A DNA stretch of 43,893 bases, taken from positions 1 to 43,893 of the forward strand of contig DAHXOA010000035.1 of assembly GCA_027365145.1 (NCBI GenBank), given 5' to 3'. Origin of the DNA: Acidimicrobiaceae bacterium. Its GTDB lineage: Bacteria > Actinomycetota > Acidimicrobiia > Acidimicrobiales > RAAP-2. The notes beneath the pieces were generated by a model. That model searched no databases. It saw nothing but the letters and a program-made list of their open reading frames with translations, and had not been told where the DNA came from. Position 1 is the stretch's first letter. Each line of letters begins with the position of its first letter. This document shows positions 10,383-23,089 of the stretch, in pieces. Both the position numbers and the translations under genes were made by a program.

Positions 10383-11114
10383 TCAGGAGGACGCGGCGTC
10401 TGTGGACGCCGGGTCGGTTCCCGCCGAACCCGGGTCGGCACGCAGGTCTTCCGGCAGGTATCGATCGACCGAGTTCGGCATGGCTCGGAGGTGGTCCCAC
10501 CCTGTGTGCACCCGCTCAACGGGACCAATCCGCTCGTAGAAGTGCGGGCCGTTCGGGTTCGGGTGCATCGGAGCATGACGGCGGACCGTTTCCGCCCGGG
10601 ACAGCAGCCGGCGACGTTCGTCGGGCGCCAGCGCGTCCACCAGGTCGGGGATCACCGTGTTGAGCTCCTCTGCGATCTCGTCGGCCGCCATCACGCATGC
10701 CTGGGCCAGCACGGTCCCGAAGTCCTGCCCCAGGTCGAGCTCGTAGGCGGCAACGCCTCTGGACATGGCGTCCAGCCGGTCGAGGACCTCCCGCCACTCA
10801 GTGTCGTCACGGGCCAACGCCGATACCGACAAACCGGCCCGCTCGTGGCCCGACACCTCACGCACCAGGCACTCCCGGGCAGCCAGACGGACGGCAAAGT
10901 GCTCGAGGAGGAACTTTTCGATGTTGCCGCGATCCCGGGCCGCGTCTATGCCTCGCCGTTGCGCGTCCGGATCGCCGGGCCGACCGGGGCCGGGATCGTG
11001 GAAGGCGTCGAGGTCGGCGATCGCCTTCATCACCAGCTCGTCCTCGTGGGCCAGGAGATCGAGCACATCGGGGTCCGCGCCAGTACCGGAGGGGTCAGTG
11101 CCTGAGACGGCCAT
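10383..11114 (-). CDS. hypothetical protein, hemerythrin-like (HHE cation-binding) candidate
   Basis: GC3 is high throughout. DVLDLLAHEDELV near the N-terminus and RRHAPMHPNPNGPH near the C-terminus resemble actinobacterial hemerythrin-like proteins. The family call is from memory only. Confidence 0.45.
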   Translation of the reverse strand: MAVSGTDPSGTGADPDVLDLLAHEDELVMKAIADLDAFHDPGPGRPGDPDAQRRGIDAARDRGNIEKFLLEHFAVRLAARECLVREVSGHERAGLSVSALARDDTEWREVLDRLDAMSRGVAAYELDLGQDFGTVLAQACVMAADEIAEELNTVIPDLVDALAPDERRRLLSRAETVRRHAPMHPNPNGPHFYERIGPVERVHTGWDHLRAMPNSVDRYLPEDLRADPGSAGTDPASTDAASS

Positions 11115-11197
11115 GCTGCGACCCTACCCAGGCCGTCTCGTCGACACACGTCGCCAGGCCGACACACGTCGGCCATCCGAAGCGCGACAGCGCAACT

Positions 11198-11521
11198 TCA
11201 GCGACCGCCGAACCTCCTCGACCACCACTGTGGGTCCCGGGCATGGGCATGGAAGTGGTCAGGGATCTGGCGCATCACCCGGTCGTAGGACCAGTTCCCC
11301 TCGCCGAGCCGGCGGTCTGCCACCACCGCCAACCTGTCGAGCATGTGGTCGACGTCGGCCTCGGGCGGCTCGTTCCCGTGATGCCGCCAGACCACCATGG
11401 GCACGTCGCACACTTCGCACTCCGCGATCCAACACACGTCGTCCTCGAAGAACCACTCCGTCATGCGGGCGGCCTCACACAGGTCGCACCCGGGGACGGG
11501 ACCAGGGATGTCCTTGGTCAC
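11198..11521 (-). CDS. HIT (histidine triad)-like small protein
   Basis: PGCDLCEAA...FFEDDVCWIAECEVCDVPMVVWRHH plus DHFHAHAR (an HxHxHxx histidine-triad-like motif). The GTG at 11521 overlaps the kinase stop (GTGA) and retains the N-terminal CxxC. An alternative ATG lies at 11464. Confidence 0.55.
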   Translation of the reverse strand: MTKDIPGPVPGCDLCEAARMTEWFFEDDVCWIAECEVCDVPMVVWRHHGNEPPEADVDHMLDRLAVVADRRLGEGNWSYDRVMRQIPDHFHAHARDPQWWSRRFGGR

Positions 11522-13530
11522 AGCTTGTAGAGGTTGACGGTCGTCCCGGGAAGCACCTGGGTGCCGGTCGGGGGGTACGAGTAGAGGACGATGTCTGGGC
11601 CCGATGAGGGGAACGGGCCCCCGACGACCAGCCCACGGGCGTTGAGGGCGGTGGTGGCCTGGGCCACGGTGTCGCCGATGACGTTCGGCACCGCCACCGG
11701 CTGGGGCCCCAGAGAGACCTCCACTGTCACCGACGACCCGTAGGGCTGCGGACCGGCGCCGGGGGCCGGGGCCGTGCCCACGACCTCTCCGGCGGTCACC
11801 GAGGCGTCGTACTCCTTCGCCTCTTTCGGGACGAACCCGTCCGCCCGCAGGGCCGCAGCGGCGCTGGCGTAGCTGGAACCGGCCCCCGTCACATCGGGAA
11901 CCGTGACCGGGGCCCGACCCAGGGAGAGCTCGATGGTGACCGTCGACCCGTAGAGGGCTTGGCCCGCCGGGACGGAGCCCACCACCCCGCCGGCGTGGAC
12001 CGACGAGCTGTAGCGAGCTGCAGACGGTGGGCACACCCCGACGAGGTGGAGCGCGGCGAGGGCGGCTTCGGCGTCGCTACAGCTCGTGAACGTCGTGAGG
12101 GGTGGGAACGCCACCGGAGGCGGTCCCCGCGAGATCGTGACGTCGATCACCGCTCCCTGCTTGGCCGTCGTCGGGTGGCCGTGGGACCTGCCGCTCCCGG
12201 GTCGTTGGCTCACGATCGCTCCCTTCGGGACGCCGACGTCATAGACAGTCGCCGTCTGGCGGACCGAGAAGTCGTCGATCCCGACCACCTGCCGGGCCCG
12301 AACCAGGGTATCGCCGACCAGGGTCGGAATCGGATGACTGGGGACGAAGAGCCGGTCACGCACGGCGACGACGGCACCGGCCCCGATCACCAGCGCCAGC
12401 ACGAGCACGACCGCGACAACCCACCGCCAGCGATGACGCCGGCGGGCAGGGGCGGCGGTCGCTCCGGCCGGAGCCCGAGGCGAGGTGGGCTCGGGCAGTC
12501 TCGCCGACGGACCACCGCGGTAGCCACCGGCGCTCGCTCCCTTTGCGCCACCGGCGCCGGCTCCCCGATCGGTGATCGGTCCGATCTGCGTGCGGTCCCG
12601 GTCGTCGTCGAGCCACGTCGGTGCACCGTCCAGCGGACCGTAGGGCACGGTCCCGTCGGTCCACGCCTCCCGCCCTCCGGGGAGGACAGGGATCGGATCG
12701 GGAGCAGGTAGGGCGACAGCCAGCGCCTCCAGCCGAAGCCCGAAGGCGCCGGCGTCGTAGCGCTCGGAGAGATCCGGCGCCGCCGCCCACAAAAGTACGT
12801 CGTTGAGCGGCCCGAGGTCGTCGTGCTCGGGGAGGAGCACGCCCACCCGGGCCATGAGCGTGGCCACGGTCGTGTCGGCAGCGAACGGGACCATCCCGGT
12901 GACGGCCTCGAAGAGGACAAGCGCCAGCGCGTAGACGTCGGCCCGTCCGTCGACCGGCTTGCCCTCCACCTGTTCGGGCGCGGCGTACCGGGCCGTGCCG
13001 AGCACGGCACCGGCCGGTTCCGTCCAGGTCGCCTCGGCCAGCGCCCGTGCCAGGCCGAAGTCGGCGATGCGGAGGCGGCCGTCGGTGTCGAAGAGGAGGT
13101 TCGCCGGCTTCACGTCCCGATGGACCAAGCCTCGCCGGTGGGCGTAGTCGAGGCCGGCGACCGCGGCCCGTCCCACGGCAACGGCCTGGGACGGGGTGAG
13201 ACGGACCCCGGCATCGAGCAGCTGCCGGAGGCTGCCACCACCCAGGAACTCCAGTACCAGGTAGGGAGCGTCCCCTTCTTCACCCCAGTCGTAGACCTGG
13301 AGGATGTTGGGGTGATTGAGGGCGGCGGCGACCCGGGCCTCGGCCCGGAACCGTTTCAGGAACCCGGCATCAGCTGACAGGGCCGGATGGAGGACCTTGA
13401 TCGCGACCCGGCGATCGAGGGACACGTCGTCGGCCAGGTACACGAAGGCGGACGCGCCGGCACCGATGGCGGTGACGAGTCGGTAGCGGTCGCCGAGGAC
13501 CCGCCCGATGGAGTCGGTGATGCTCGGCAT
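11518..13530 (-). CDS. Ser/Thr protein kinase with one TM helix and about four extracellular PASTA repeats (PknB-like)
   Basis: GAGASAFVY...AIKVL, HRDVKPANLL and IADFGLARA are Hanks kinase motifs. The TM segment is WRWVVAVVLVLALVIGAGAVVAV. C-terminal repeats such as VTVPDVTG... and VAVPNVIGDTVAQATTALNARGL are PASTA-like. Confidence 0.92.
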   Translation of the reverse strand: MPSITDSIGRVLGDRYRLVTAIGAGASAFVYLADDVSLDRRVAIKVLHPALSADAGFLKRFRAEARVAAALNHPNILQVYDWGEEGDAPYLVLEFLGGGSLRQLLDAGVRLTPSQAVAVGRAAVAGLDYAHRRGLVHRDVKPANLLFDTDGRLRIADFGLARALAEATWTEPAGAVLGTARYAAPEQVEGKPVDGRADVYALALVLFEAVTGMVPFAADTTVATLMARVGVLLPEHDDLGPLNDVLLWAAAPDLSERYDAGAFGLRLEALAVALPAPDPIPVLPGGREAWTDGTVPYGPLDGAPTWLDDDRDRTQIGPITDRGAGAGGAKGASAGGYRGGPSARLPEPTSPRAPAGATAAPARRRHRWRWVVAVVLVLALVIGAGAVVAVRDRLFVPSHPIPTLVGDTLVRARQVVGIDDFSVRQTATVYDVGVPKGAIVSQRPGSGRSHGHPTTAKQGAVIDVTISRGPPPVAFPPLTTFTSCSDAEAALAALHLVGVCPPSAARYSSSVHAGGVVGSVPAGQALYGSTVTIELSLGRAPVTVPDVTGAGSSYASAAAALRADGFVPKEAKEYDASVTAGEVVGTAPAPGAGPQPYGSSVTVEVSLGPQPVAVPNVIGDTVAQATTALNARGLVVGGPFPSSGPDIVLYSYPPTGTQVLPGTTVNLYKL

Positions 13531-13582
13531 CGTTGATCGACACCAGGGTACCGAGTGTGGACAGTCGCATGGTGGACGGTCC

Positions 13583-16890
<3,308 letters not shown>

Positions 16891-17218
16891 GACGCCATTC
16901 TCGCAGCCACATCGGCAACCGGGGGACGACGTCGATCACGAGGCCGACCCAGGGGGATCTCCGGTCGCTCCGACGCCCTTCGGCTCCCCTCGAACGACGA
17001 CGGCGACCCTCTTCTGCAGGCGACACCGGTGCTGTCGCGTCATGCGAATTGCCACCGCCGTGAGGAACGTGCCCCCACCATGTCCGGGACGATCCCACCG
17101 ACGCACGTGTCGACGCACGGTCGATCCTGGCCGGGCGGGACGCCGACCGGGTGGTTCAGACCCATGCCGGCCCAGGTGACCTCCCTCGACGTCTGCGGTC
17201 GGGGTCGCCACCGCGATG

Positions 17219-18505
17219 TCAAGCCCGGAGCCGCGCCACCGACCGGGGGACGGCGTCGAGGACGTGGTCGACCTCGGCATCCGTCGTCGTCCACCCGAGG
17301 GAGAAACGGATCCCCGACGATGCGTCGGCCCGGCTCATCCCCATGGATGACAGGACGTGGCTGGGTTGCGTCGCTCCCGACGCGCAGGACGCACCGGCAG
17401 AGACGGCAACGCCAGCGGCATCGAGGAGGACGACCAGCGCCTCGCCCTCCACCCCGGCGAAGCACAGGTGAGCGATGCCCGGCACCTTCAGCTCGCGGGC
17501 GCCGGTCTCGGTCGCACCGGGCACCGACGCCAGCAGGCCATCCGTCAGGCGATCGCGCAGGGCGGACACGCGTGTGCCCTCCGTCTCGCGCCGCGCGGCC
17601 GAGGACCGGAGAGCAGCGGCCATGGCGACGGCGCCGGCCACGTTGGGCGTACCGCTGCGCCGCTCCCGCTCCTGGCCGCCTCCGACCACCACCGGCGCCA
17701 CCGGGCATCGGGCCATCAGCACGCCGATCCCCTTGGGCCCCCCGAATTTGTGGCCGCTGACCGACACCAGGTCGTAGCCGGCAGCCAACTCCCCAACCGC
17801 CATCCACGGTGCCGCTTGCACGGCGTCCGTGTGGAGGAGCGCACCGGGAGCTCGCTCGCGCGCCAGCGCCGCCACCTCCGCCAGCGGCTGGACCGTCCCG
17901 ATCTCGTTGTTGACGGTCATCACAGAGACGAACGCCACCTCGTGAGTCAGGTAGGCGGCCAGCGCGTCGAGGTCGACCGTGCCATCCCCGCGAGTCGGCA
18001 CTGTGACAACCGGGTGTCCGAGGTGTCGCCGGGCGGCTGCCACCGCTTCCAGGACGGCGTGGTGCTCCATGGCCGCCACCACGATCGTGCCGGGTTGCCG
18101 GTGCGGACCAGATGGAGCAGATGGAGCAGGTGGGGCGGGTGGATCGAGAAGATCGGGTCGGACGGCGGGATCGGGTGCGATATCGGCACCGGGTCGGGAG
18201 GTGAGACCGACGCCGGTCCGTCCCGGCACGGTCGCCCGGGCCGCCAGCGCTCCCAGGACCGCCAGATTGGCCGCCTCGGTACCGCCACTGGTGAAGATCA
18301 CCTGTCCAGGGTCGGCGCCGAGATCGGCTGCGATCGACTCCCGGGCGTCGTCGAGTGCGAGCCTGGCTGCGCGGGCGGCGCCGTGCGCGCCCGACGGGTT
18401 CCCCGGACAGCCCGTGAGGACGTCCGCCATGACGGCCAACGCCTCCGGGCGCATCGGCGTCGACGCGGCGTGGTCGAGGTAGGCGTGCACCGGTCCATTG
18501 TGCAT
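17219..18505 (-). CDS. cysteine desulfurase (class V aminotransferase, NifS/IscS-like) with a Pro-rich insertion
   Basis: YLDHAASTPMRPEAL, FTSGGTEAANLA, the SVSGHKFGGPKGIG PLP-lysine motif, and the SAGASCASG catalytic-Cys loop. It sits upstream of mnmA as in many bacteria. Confidence 0.9.
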   Translation of the reverse strand: MHNGPVHAYLDHAASTPMRPEALAVMADVLTGCPGNPSGAHGAARAARLALDDARESIAADLGADPGQVIFTSGGTEAANLAVLGALAARATVPGRTGVGLTSRPGADIAPDPAVRPDLLDPPAPPAPSAPSGPHRQPGTIVVAAMEHHAVLEAVAAARRHLGHPVVTVPTRGDGTVDLDALAAYLTHEVAFVSVMTVNNEIGTVQPLAEVAALARERAPGALLHTDAVQAAPWMAVGELAAGYDLVSVSGHKFGGPKGIGVLMARCPVAPVVVGGGQERERRSGTPNVAGAVAMAAALRSSAARRETEGTRVSALRDRLTDGLLASVPGATETGARELKVPGIAHLCFAGVEGEALVVLLDAAGVAVSAGASCASGATQPSHVLSSMGMSRADASSGIRFSLGWTTTDAEVDHVLDAVPRSVARLRA

Positions 18506-18698
18506 TGTGCTTTGTGCCGCCGCTCGGGAGCCCCTGAACGCGCTCCCGAGCGGGCGAGGGCCGCCATGTGCAGGTGCACCGCTGTCCCCTCGACGTCGTT
18601 GGGCGGGAGGCGCGTGGCGCCTGTCGCGGAACTGCCGTCACCATCCCCATGGTCCCGATCCGCACCCAGCCCGGCTCGACTTCGGGGACACGCCTAAC

Positions 18699-18726
18699 GA
18701 ACGGGGAACGGGGAACGGGGAACGGG
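18699..18726. repeat. heptamer tandem repeat (GAACGGG)x4
   Basis: Read directly from the sequence, in the gap between the TetR stop (18771) and the cysteine desulfurase start (18505). A second heptamer triplet, CATTGTG CATTGTG CTTTGTG (18496-18516), overlaps the desulfurase start codon. Confidence 0.9.
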
Positions 18727-18770
18727 GCCGCGGCCACACCGGAGCGCCGCCCCGCCGGTGGAGCCTCACC

Positions 18771-19361
18771 TCATGGCAACGGCCGGAGCCACCCGGTGCC
18801 GAGCAGCTCCATGACCGCTCGCATCGCGTCCTCCGGCGAGATGCGCCCTGCGACCAGGTGACGGCGAACGGCGCCCAGCATGCCCAGCACCAGGTCGGCG
18901 GCCAGGTCCGGAGCCACACGCTCCTCGATCCTCCCCTGGGCCTGCGCCTCGGTGACGGTGTCGGCCAGCAGGTGCCGGAGCGGGGCCATCCGTTCCTCCA
19001 CCTCCCGCCGCACGCCAGGGGATCCCGCCTCGGACTCGAAGTGCTCCGCCGACAGCCGGTGGCTCTGGCTGGCGAAGGTCTGCACCTGAGTCTCGACCAG
19101 GTAGCGGAGCCGGTCGACCGGGTCGGAGACGGCCCGCGCCCCGGCCACCATCGTTGCCACCGAACGCTCGATCTCCTGACCGACCCATGCCGCCAGCACG
19201 GCATCCACGTCGGGGAAGTAGTGGTACAACGTGGCCCGCGACATCCGGGCCCGCTCGGCGAGCGCAGACATGGTGAGAGCCGCCATACCCTTCTCCCTGA
19301 GGAGCTCGAGCGCAGCGCCCAGAATCTGGTCCCGCTGGTGGGCCCGATGCCCGTCGAGCAC
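18771..19361 (-). CDS. TetR/AcrR family transcriptional regulator
   Basis: RDQILGAALELLREKGMAALTMSALAERARMSRATLYHYFPDVDAVL is a TetR HTH. The start was moved to GTG 19361, because the 23 codons upstream (to ATG 19430) have low GC3 in an otherwise high-GC3 genome. Confidence 0.85.
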   Translation of the reverse strand: MLDGHRAHQRDQILGAALELLREKGMAALTMSALAERARMSRATLYHYFPDVDAVLAAWVGQEIERSVATMVAGARAVSDPVDRLRYLVETQVQTFASQSHRLSAEHFESEAGSPGVRREVEERMAPLRHLLADTVTEAQAQGRIEERVAPDLAADLVLGMLGAVRRHLVAGRISPEDAMRAVMELLGTGWLRPLP

Positions 19362-19428
19362 CTCAGACCAGCGGGACGGCGCTGGATGCTTTACAGGTTG
19401 TCGATGCTTCGGCGTAGTGTTGTCTGCC
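19362..19428. promoter_or_regulatory. divergent TetR / MMPL control region (putative promoters and operator)
   Basis: This is a locally AT-richer stretch, GGATGCTTTACAGGTTGTCGATGCTTCGGCGTAGTGTTGTCTGCC. It contains a direct repeat GATGCTT (19385-19391 and 19403-19409). It lies between divergently oriented regulator and transporter genes. Confidence 0.4.
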
Positions 19429-21588
19429 ATGACGGATCGGACGGAACGCTACAGGGACGGCGGGCAGCGGAGGCGGTCGGCCGGGGACCTGCTCGTCGGG
19501 TGCATCACCGGGCGTAAGACGAAGTGGCTCATCCTGGTCGCCGGAGTCGTGGCCGTGGCGGTGGCCGGTCCGCTGGCCGGGAAGCTGGTACCCCTGGAGA
19601 ACAACTCCCCCAACAGCTTCCTCCCCGGATCGGCGGCCTCGACCCGGGTGCTCGACGCCGAGGAGTCCCACGCCCGGACGGCGACCACGCCGGCCGTCGT
19701 GGTCTACCAGCGTTCCCAGGGCCTGACCGCCTCCGACCGCATGACAGTCTCCCAGGCCCGGCACCAGATCGCCGACGGCCACCTCCCCGGAACGACCGCA
19801 GCCGGACCGGTGTCGCTGTCGGCCAACGGCAACGCCGCGTCGTTCTCGGTGCCCATCAGCACGGCAATCGCCCAGGAGACCCTGGGCAAAGACATCGCGG
19901 CCATCCGGGAGATCGTCCACCGGGGAGCCGTCCCGACCACGACCCACCCGGCACCGGACATCCTCCAGGTGGCCGTGGGTGGACCGGCCGGCTCCGCCGC
20001 CGACGCGCTCGGTGCGTTCTCGGGGATCGACGGGAAGCTCCTCGGCGTCACGGTGGTCATCGTCGCCGTCCTCTTGCTGCTGATCTACCGCAGTCCCGTC
20101 CTGTGGCTCGTTCCGCTGGTATCGGTCGTCTTCGCCGCCGGCTGGTCGGAGGGGTTCGCCTACCTCCTCGCCAAGAGCGGGTTCGTCGTCAGCGGAATGA
20201 GCGTCGGCATCCTCACCGTCCTCGTCTTCGGGGCGGGAACGGACTACGCACTGCTGCTGACCGCCCGCTACCGGGAGGAGCTCCGACGCCACCACGACCA
20301 CCACGACGCCATGGCGGCAGCCCTGCGCCGGGCCGGGCCGGCCATCGCCACCTCCGGAGCGACCGTGATCCTGGCCCTGCTGTGCCTCCTCGCCGCCCAG
20401 CTGAACGACATCTCCGCCCTGGGCCCGACGTGCGCGGCAGGCATCCTCTGCGCCCTGGTCGCCCAGCTCGTCTTCCTCCCGGCCCTCCTCCTGGCCCTGG
20501 GTCGCCGGGTGTTCTGGCCGCTCGTTCCCCACAACGGCGATCAGCTGGCAGTGGGATCCGGGCCGTGGGGCCGGTTCGGCCGGCTGCTCCTGCGGCGGCG
20601 GCGAACGGCGTGGATCGGCCTCACGGTCGTGCTCGGGATCTGCTCCCTGGGCCTCTTCGCCTACCGGGGCGGCGTCAACCAGCAAAACGGCTTCCGTGGC
20701 CCCGTGGGGTCGGTGGCGGCACAACGGCTCCTGGCGGCGAACTTCCCCGCCGGGTCGGGTGCCCCGGCGACGGTGCTCGTCCGGCCGGCGAGCCGAGCAC
20801 CCCAGGCCGAGGCGGTCGCCCGTTCGACCCCTGGCGTCGCCGCCGTCTCGCCCGCCGCTCCGCTCGGCCACGCCGCCATCGTCGAGGTCACCTTGGCGGC
20901 CGCACCGACCAGCCAATCTGCAGTGCGCACGGTGGACACCCTGCGCAGCCGACTCTCCGCCACCGTCGGGCCCGGGACCCTGGTGGGAGGCGAGACCGCC
21001 ACCAACGTGGACCTGACTGCCGCCGCCGCCCATGACCTCGACCTGATCATCCCCCTGGTCCTGGTCGTTGTCCTGGCCATGCTGGCACTCCTGTTGAGGA
21101 GCGTCATCGCTCCCCTGGTGCTGGTGGCGACGGTGGTGCTCTCCTACCTCGGTTCGCTCGGGGTGAGCGCCGTGGTGTTCAGGGGCGTCTTCGGGTTCCC
21201 CGGCTTCGACCCGACGGTTCCCATCCTCGGCTTCCTCTTCCTGGTGGCCCTGGGGGTCGACTACAACATCTTCCTCATGACCCGTGTCCGCGAGGAGACG
21301 ACCGCCGGTGCATCCCACGGCGTGGTGGCCGGCCTGGCATCCACGGGGACGGTGATCACCTCCGCCGGGATCGTGCTGGCCGCCACGTTCGCCGTGCTCG
21401 GCGTCCTGCCCTTGATCGCCCTGACGGAGGTCGGCTTCCTCGTCGCTTTCGGCGTCCTGGTCGACACCGTGCTGGTCCGGACTGCGCTCGTCCCGGCGCT
21501 CGCCATCGACATCGGCCCCCGTCTGTGGTGGCCGAGCCGGCTGGCCGACCGGAGCCGGGAGGCCGACGCCGGGCGGCCGGTGGTCTGA
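19429..21588 (+). CDS. MMPL/RND-superfamily membrane transporter
   Basis: The 719-aa product has two blocks of TM helices, each followed by a soluble loop. Characteristic motifs are GTDYALLLTARYREEL and GVDYNIFLMTRVREE. The ATG at 19429 is the only canonical in-frame start before TM1. Confidence 0.9.
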   Translation: MTDRTERYRDGGQRRRSAGDLLVGCITGRKTKWLILVAGVVAVAVAGPLAGKLVPLENNSPNSFLPGSAASTRVLDAEESHARTATTPAVVVYQRSQGLTASDRMTVSQARHQIADGHLPGTTAAGPVSLSANGNAASFSVPISTAIAQETLGKDIAAIREIVHRGAVPTTTHPAPDILQVAVGGPAGSAADALGAFSGIDGKLLGVTVVIVAVLLLLIYRSPVLWLVPLVSVVFAAGWSEGFAYLLAKSGFVVSGMSVGILTVLVFGAGTDYALLLTARYREELRRHHDHHDAMAAALRRAGPAIATSGATVILALLCLLAAQLNDISALGPTCAAGILCALVAQLVFLPALLLALGRRVFWPLVPHNGDQLAVGSGPWGRFGRLLLRRRRTAWIGLTVVLGICSLGLFAYRGGVNQQNGFRGPVGSVAAQRLLAANFPAGSGAPATVLVRPASRAPQAEAVARSTPGVAAVSPAAPLGHAAIVEVTLAAAPTSQSAVRTVDTLRSRLSATVGPGTLVGGETATNVDLTAAAAHDLDLIIPLVLVVVLAMLALLLRSVIAPLVLVATVVLSYLGSLGVSAVVFRGVFGFPGFDPTVPILGFLFLVALGVDYNIFLMTRVREETTAGASHGVVAGLASTGTVITSAGIVLAATFAVLGVLPLIALTEVGFLVAFGVLVDTVLVRTALVPALAIDIGPRLWWPSRLADRSREADAGRPVV

Positions 21589-21640
21589 GGGAGAACCTCC
21601 CGAACGCGTCAGGAGAACCGGACCTCGACGCCGCCGTCGA

Positions 21641-23074
21641 TCAGGCCGGCGCCCCGGCGGTCCACACGGTCTTCACGTTGCAGAACTCGTGGATCCCGTA
21701 TGAGGAGAGCTCGCGGCCGTGACCCGACGACTTCACCCCGCCGAAGGGGAGCTGGGGCATCGACGCCGTCATCCCGTTCACGAACACCTGACCGGCTTCG
21801 AGCTGCTCGGTGAAGAGGCGCTGCTCGTCACGGTCTTCCGTCCACACGCTCGACCCGAGCCCGAACTCGGTCCCGTTGGCGACGTCCAGCGCCTCTCGGG
21901 CACTGGCCACCCGGAAGAGCAGGGCAACAGGCCCGAAGACCTCCTCGGTCGCCACCCGCATGCCCTCGCCGATACCGGTGATCACCGTGGGACGGTAGTA
22001 GAAGCCGCCGGCGTCGAGCGTCGCCGACGCCTCCGGTCGGCCACCTCCGCAGAGAATGGCGGCGCCCTGGGCCCGGGCGTCGTCGACCTGGGCCTCGATC
22101 GTGGCACGAGCGGCCACCGTGACCAGGGGGCCGACCTCGGTGGCCGGGTCGAAGGGATCCCCCACCTGCAGGGCCTCCATCGCCGCCACGAACCCCTCGG
22201 TGAACCGATCGGCGACGGCATCGTGGACGATGAACCGCTTGGCCGCGATACACGACTGGCCGTTGTTCTGGATGCGGGCCTGGACGGCCACGGCGATCGC
22301 CCGGTCGAGGTTCGCCGACGGCAGGACGACGAAGGGATCGCTGCCGCCCAGCTCCAAGACGACCTTCTTGCCCACCGCTCCGGCCTGGGCCGCCACTGCC
22401 CGCCCCGCCCCGACACTCCCCGTCAGCGTCACCGCCCTCACCCGGGGGTCGGCGATGACGGCAGGCACCTGGTCGACGCCGATCAGGAGCGCCTGGAACA
22501 CGCCGGTGGGCGCGCCCGCCCGCCGGAACAGGTCCTCCAAGAGGAGCGCGGTGCGCGACACGTTGGGGGCGTGCTTCAACAGTCCGACGTTGCCCGCCAT
22601 GACCGCCGGGGCGGCGAACCGGATCACCTGCCAGAGCGGGAAGTTCCACGGCATGACGGCCAGCACGGGGCCGACCGGCTGGAATGCCACCGCCGCGGTC
22701 GCACCGTCGACGGCCACCGGTCGGGTGGCTAGGAGCGCTGGAGCGTGCTCGGCGAACCACCGGCACGCCGCCGCGCACTTGGCCACCTCCGCCTTCGCCT
22801 GGGCGAACGGCTTGCCCATCTCGGTCGTGAGGAGGTTGGCGATGTCGGGCAGCTCCGCCTCGAAGAGGTCGGCCACGCCGACAAGCACCCGACCGCGGTC
22901 ACCGATCGGGGTCGTCGCCCACGCACGCGCCGCCGTGGTGGCCGTGGCCAGGCGTGCTTCCACCGCTCCGGCGCTCAGCGCCGTGAACGTCTCGATGGTC
23001 TGACCCGTCGCCGGGTTGACGCTGACGAGCGGGGGTCCGAACGAGGACGGCAGAGCGGTGGCGGTCGGTGGCAT
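21641..23074 (-). CDS. NAD(P)+-dependent aldehyde dehydrogenase (succinate-semialdehyde dehydrogenase-like)
   Basis: VMPWNFPLWQV, LELGGSDP and NNGQSCIAAKRF (catalytic Cys) are present, along with EEVFGPV. The length is 477 aa. Confidence 0.9.
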   Translation of the reverse strand: MPPTATALPSSFGPPLVSVNPATGQTIETFTALSAGAVEARLATATTAARAWATTPIGDRGRVLVGVADLFEAELPDIANLLTTEMGKPFAQAKAEVAKCAAACRWFAEHAPALLATRPVAVDGATAAVAFQPVGPVLAVMPWNFPLWQVIRFAAPAVMAGNVGLLKHAPNVSRTALLLEDLFRRAGAPTGVFQALLIGVDQVPAVIADPRVRAVTLTGSVGAGRAVAAQAGAVGKKVVLELGGSDPFVVLPSANLDRAIAVAVQARIQNNGQSCIAAKRFIVHDAVADRFTEGFVAAMEALQVGDPFDPATEVGPLVTVAARATIEAQVDDARAQGAAILCGGGRPEASATLDAGGFYYRPTVITGIGEGMRVATEEVFGPVALLFRVASAREALDVANGTEFGLGSSVWTEDRDEQRLFTEQLEAGQVFVNGMTASMPQLPFGGVKSSGHGRELSSYGIHEFCNVKTVWTAGAPA

Positions 23075-23089
23075 GGCACCGATTCTTCC

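Noticed and set aside
16891-17218. 328-bp gap between the cysteine desulfurase and mnmA; candidate 35-aa ORF MTRQHRCRLQKRVAVVVRGEPKGVGATGDPPGSAS on the minus strand
   Set aside because: It has no motif and no RBS, and I could not read any conserved structure. It is too weak to call as either a peptide or an RNA.
17040-18737. Long antisense or shadow ORFs, for example 17040..18737(-), 17357..18697(+), 19363..21318(-), 19524..21035(+), 22745..24451(+), 26576..28681(+), 8496..9980(+), 14201..15772(+), 28686..30065(-) and 39285..40244(-)
   Set aside because: All are Arg/Pro/Gly-rich with no recognisable motifs. Each overlaps a gene with clear family signatures in another frame or strand, which is typical of stop-codon-poor frames in ~70% GC DNA.
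21589-21601. GGGAG-AAC-CTCCC hairpin after the MMPL stop as an intrinsic terminator
   Set aside because: The stem is only 5 bp with a 3-nt loop and no U-tract. It is not supportable as a terminator.
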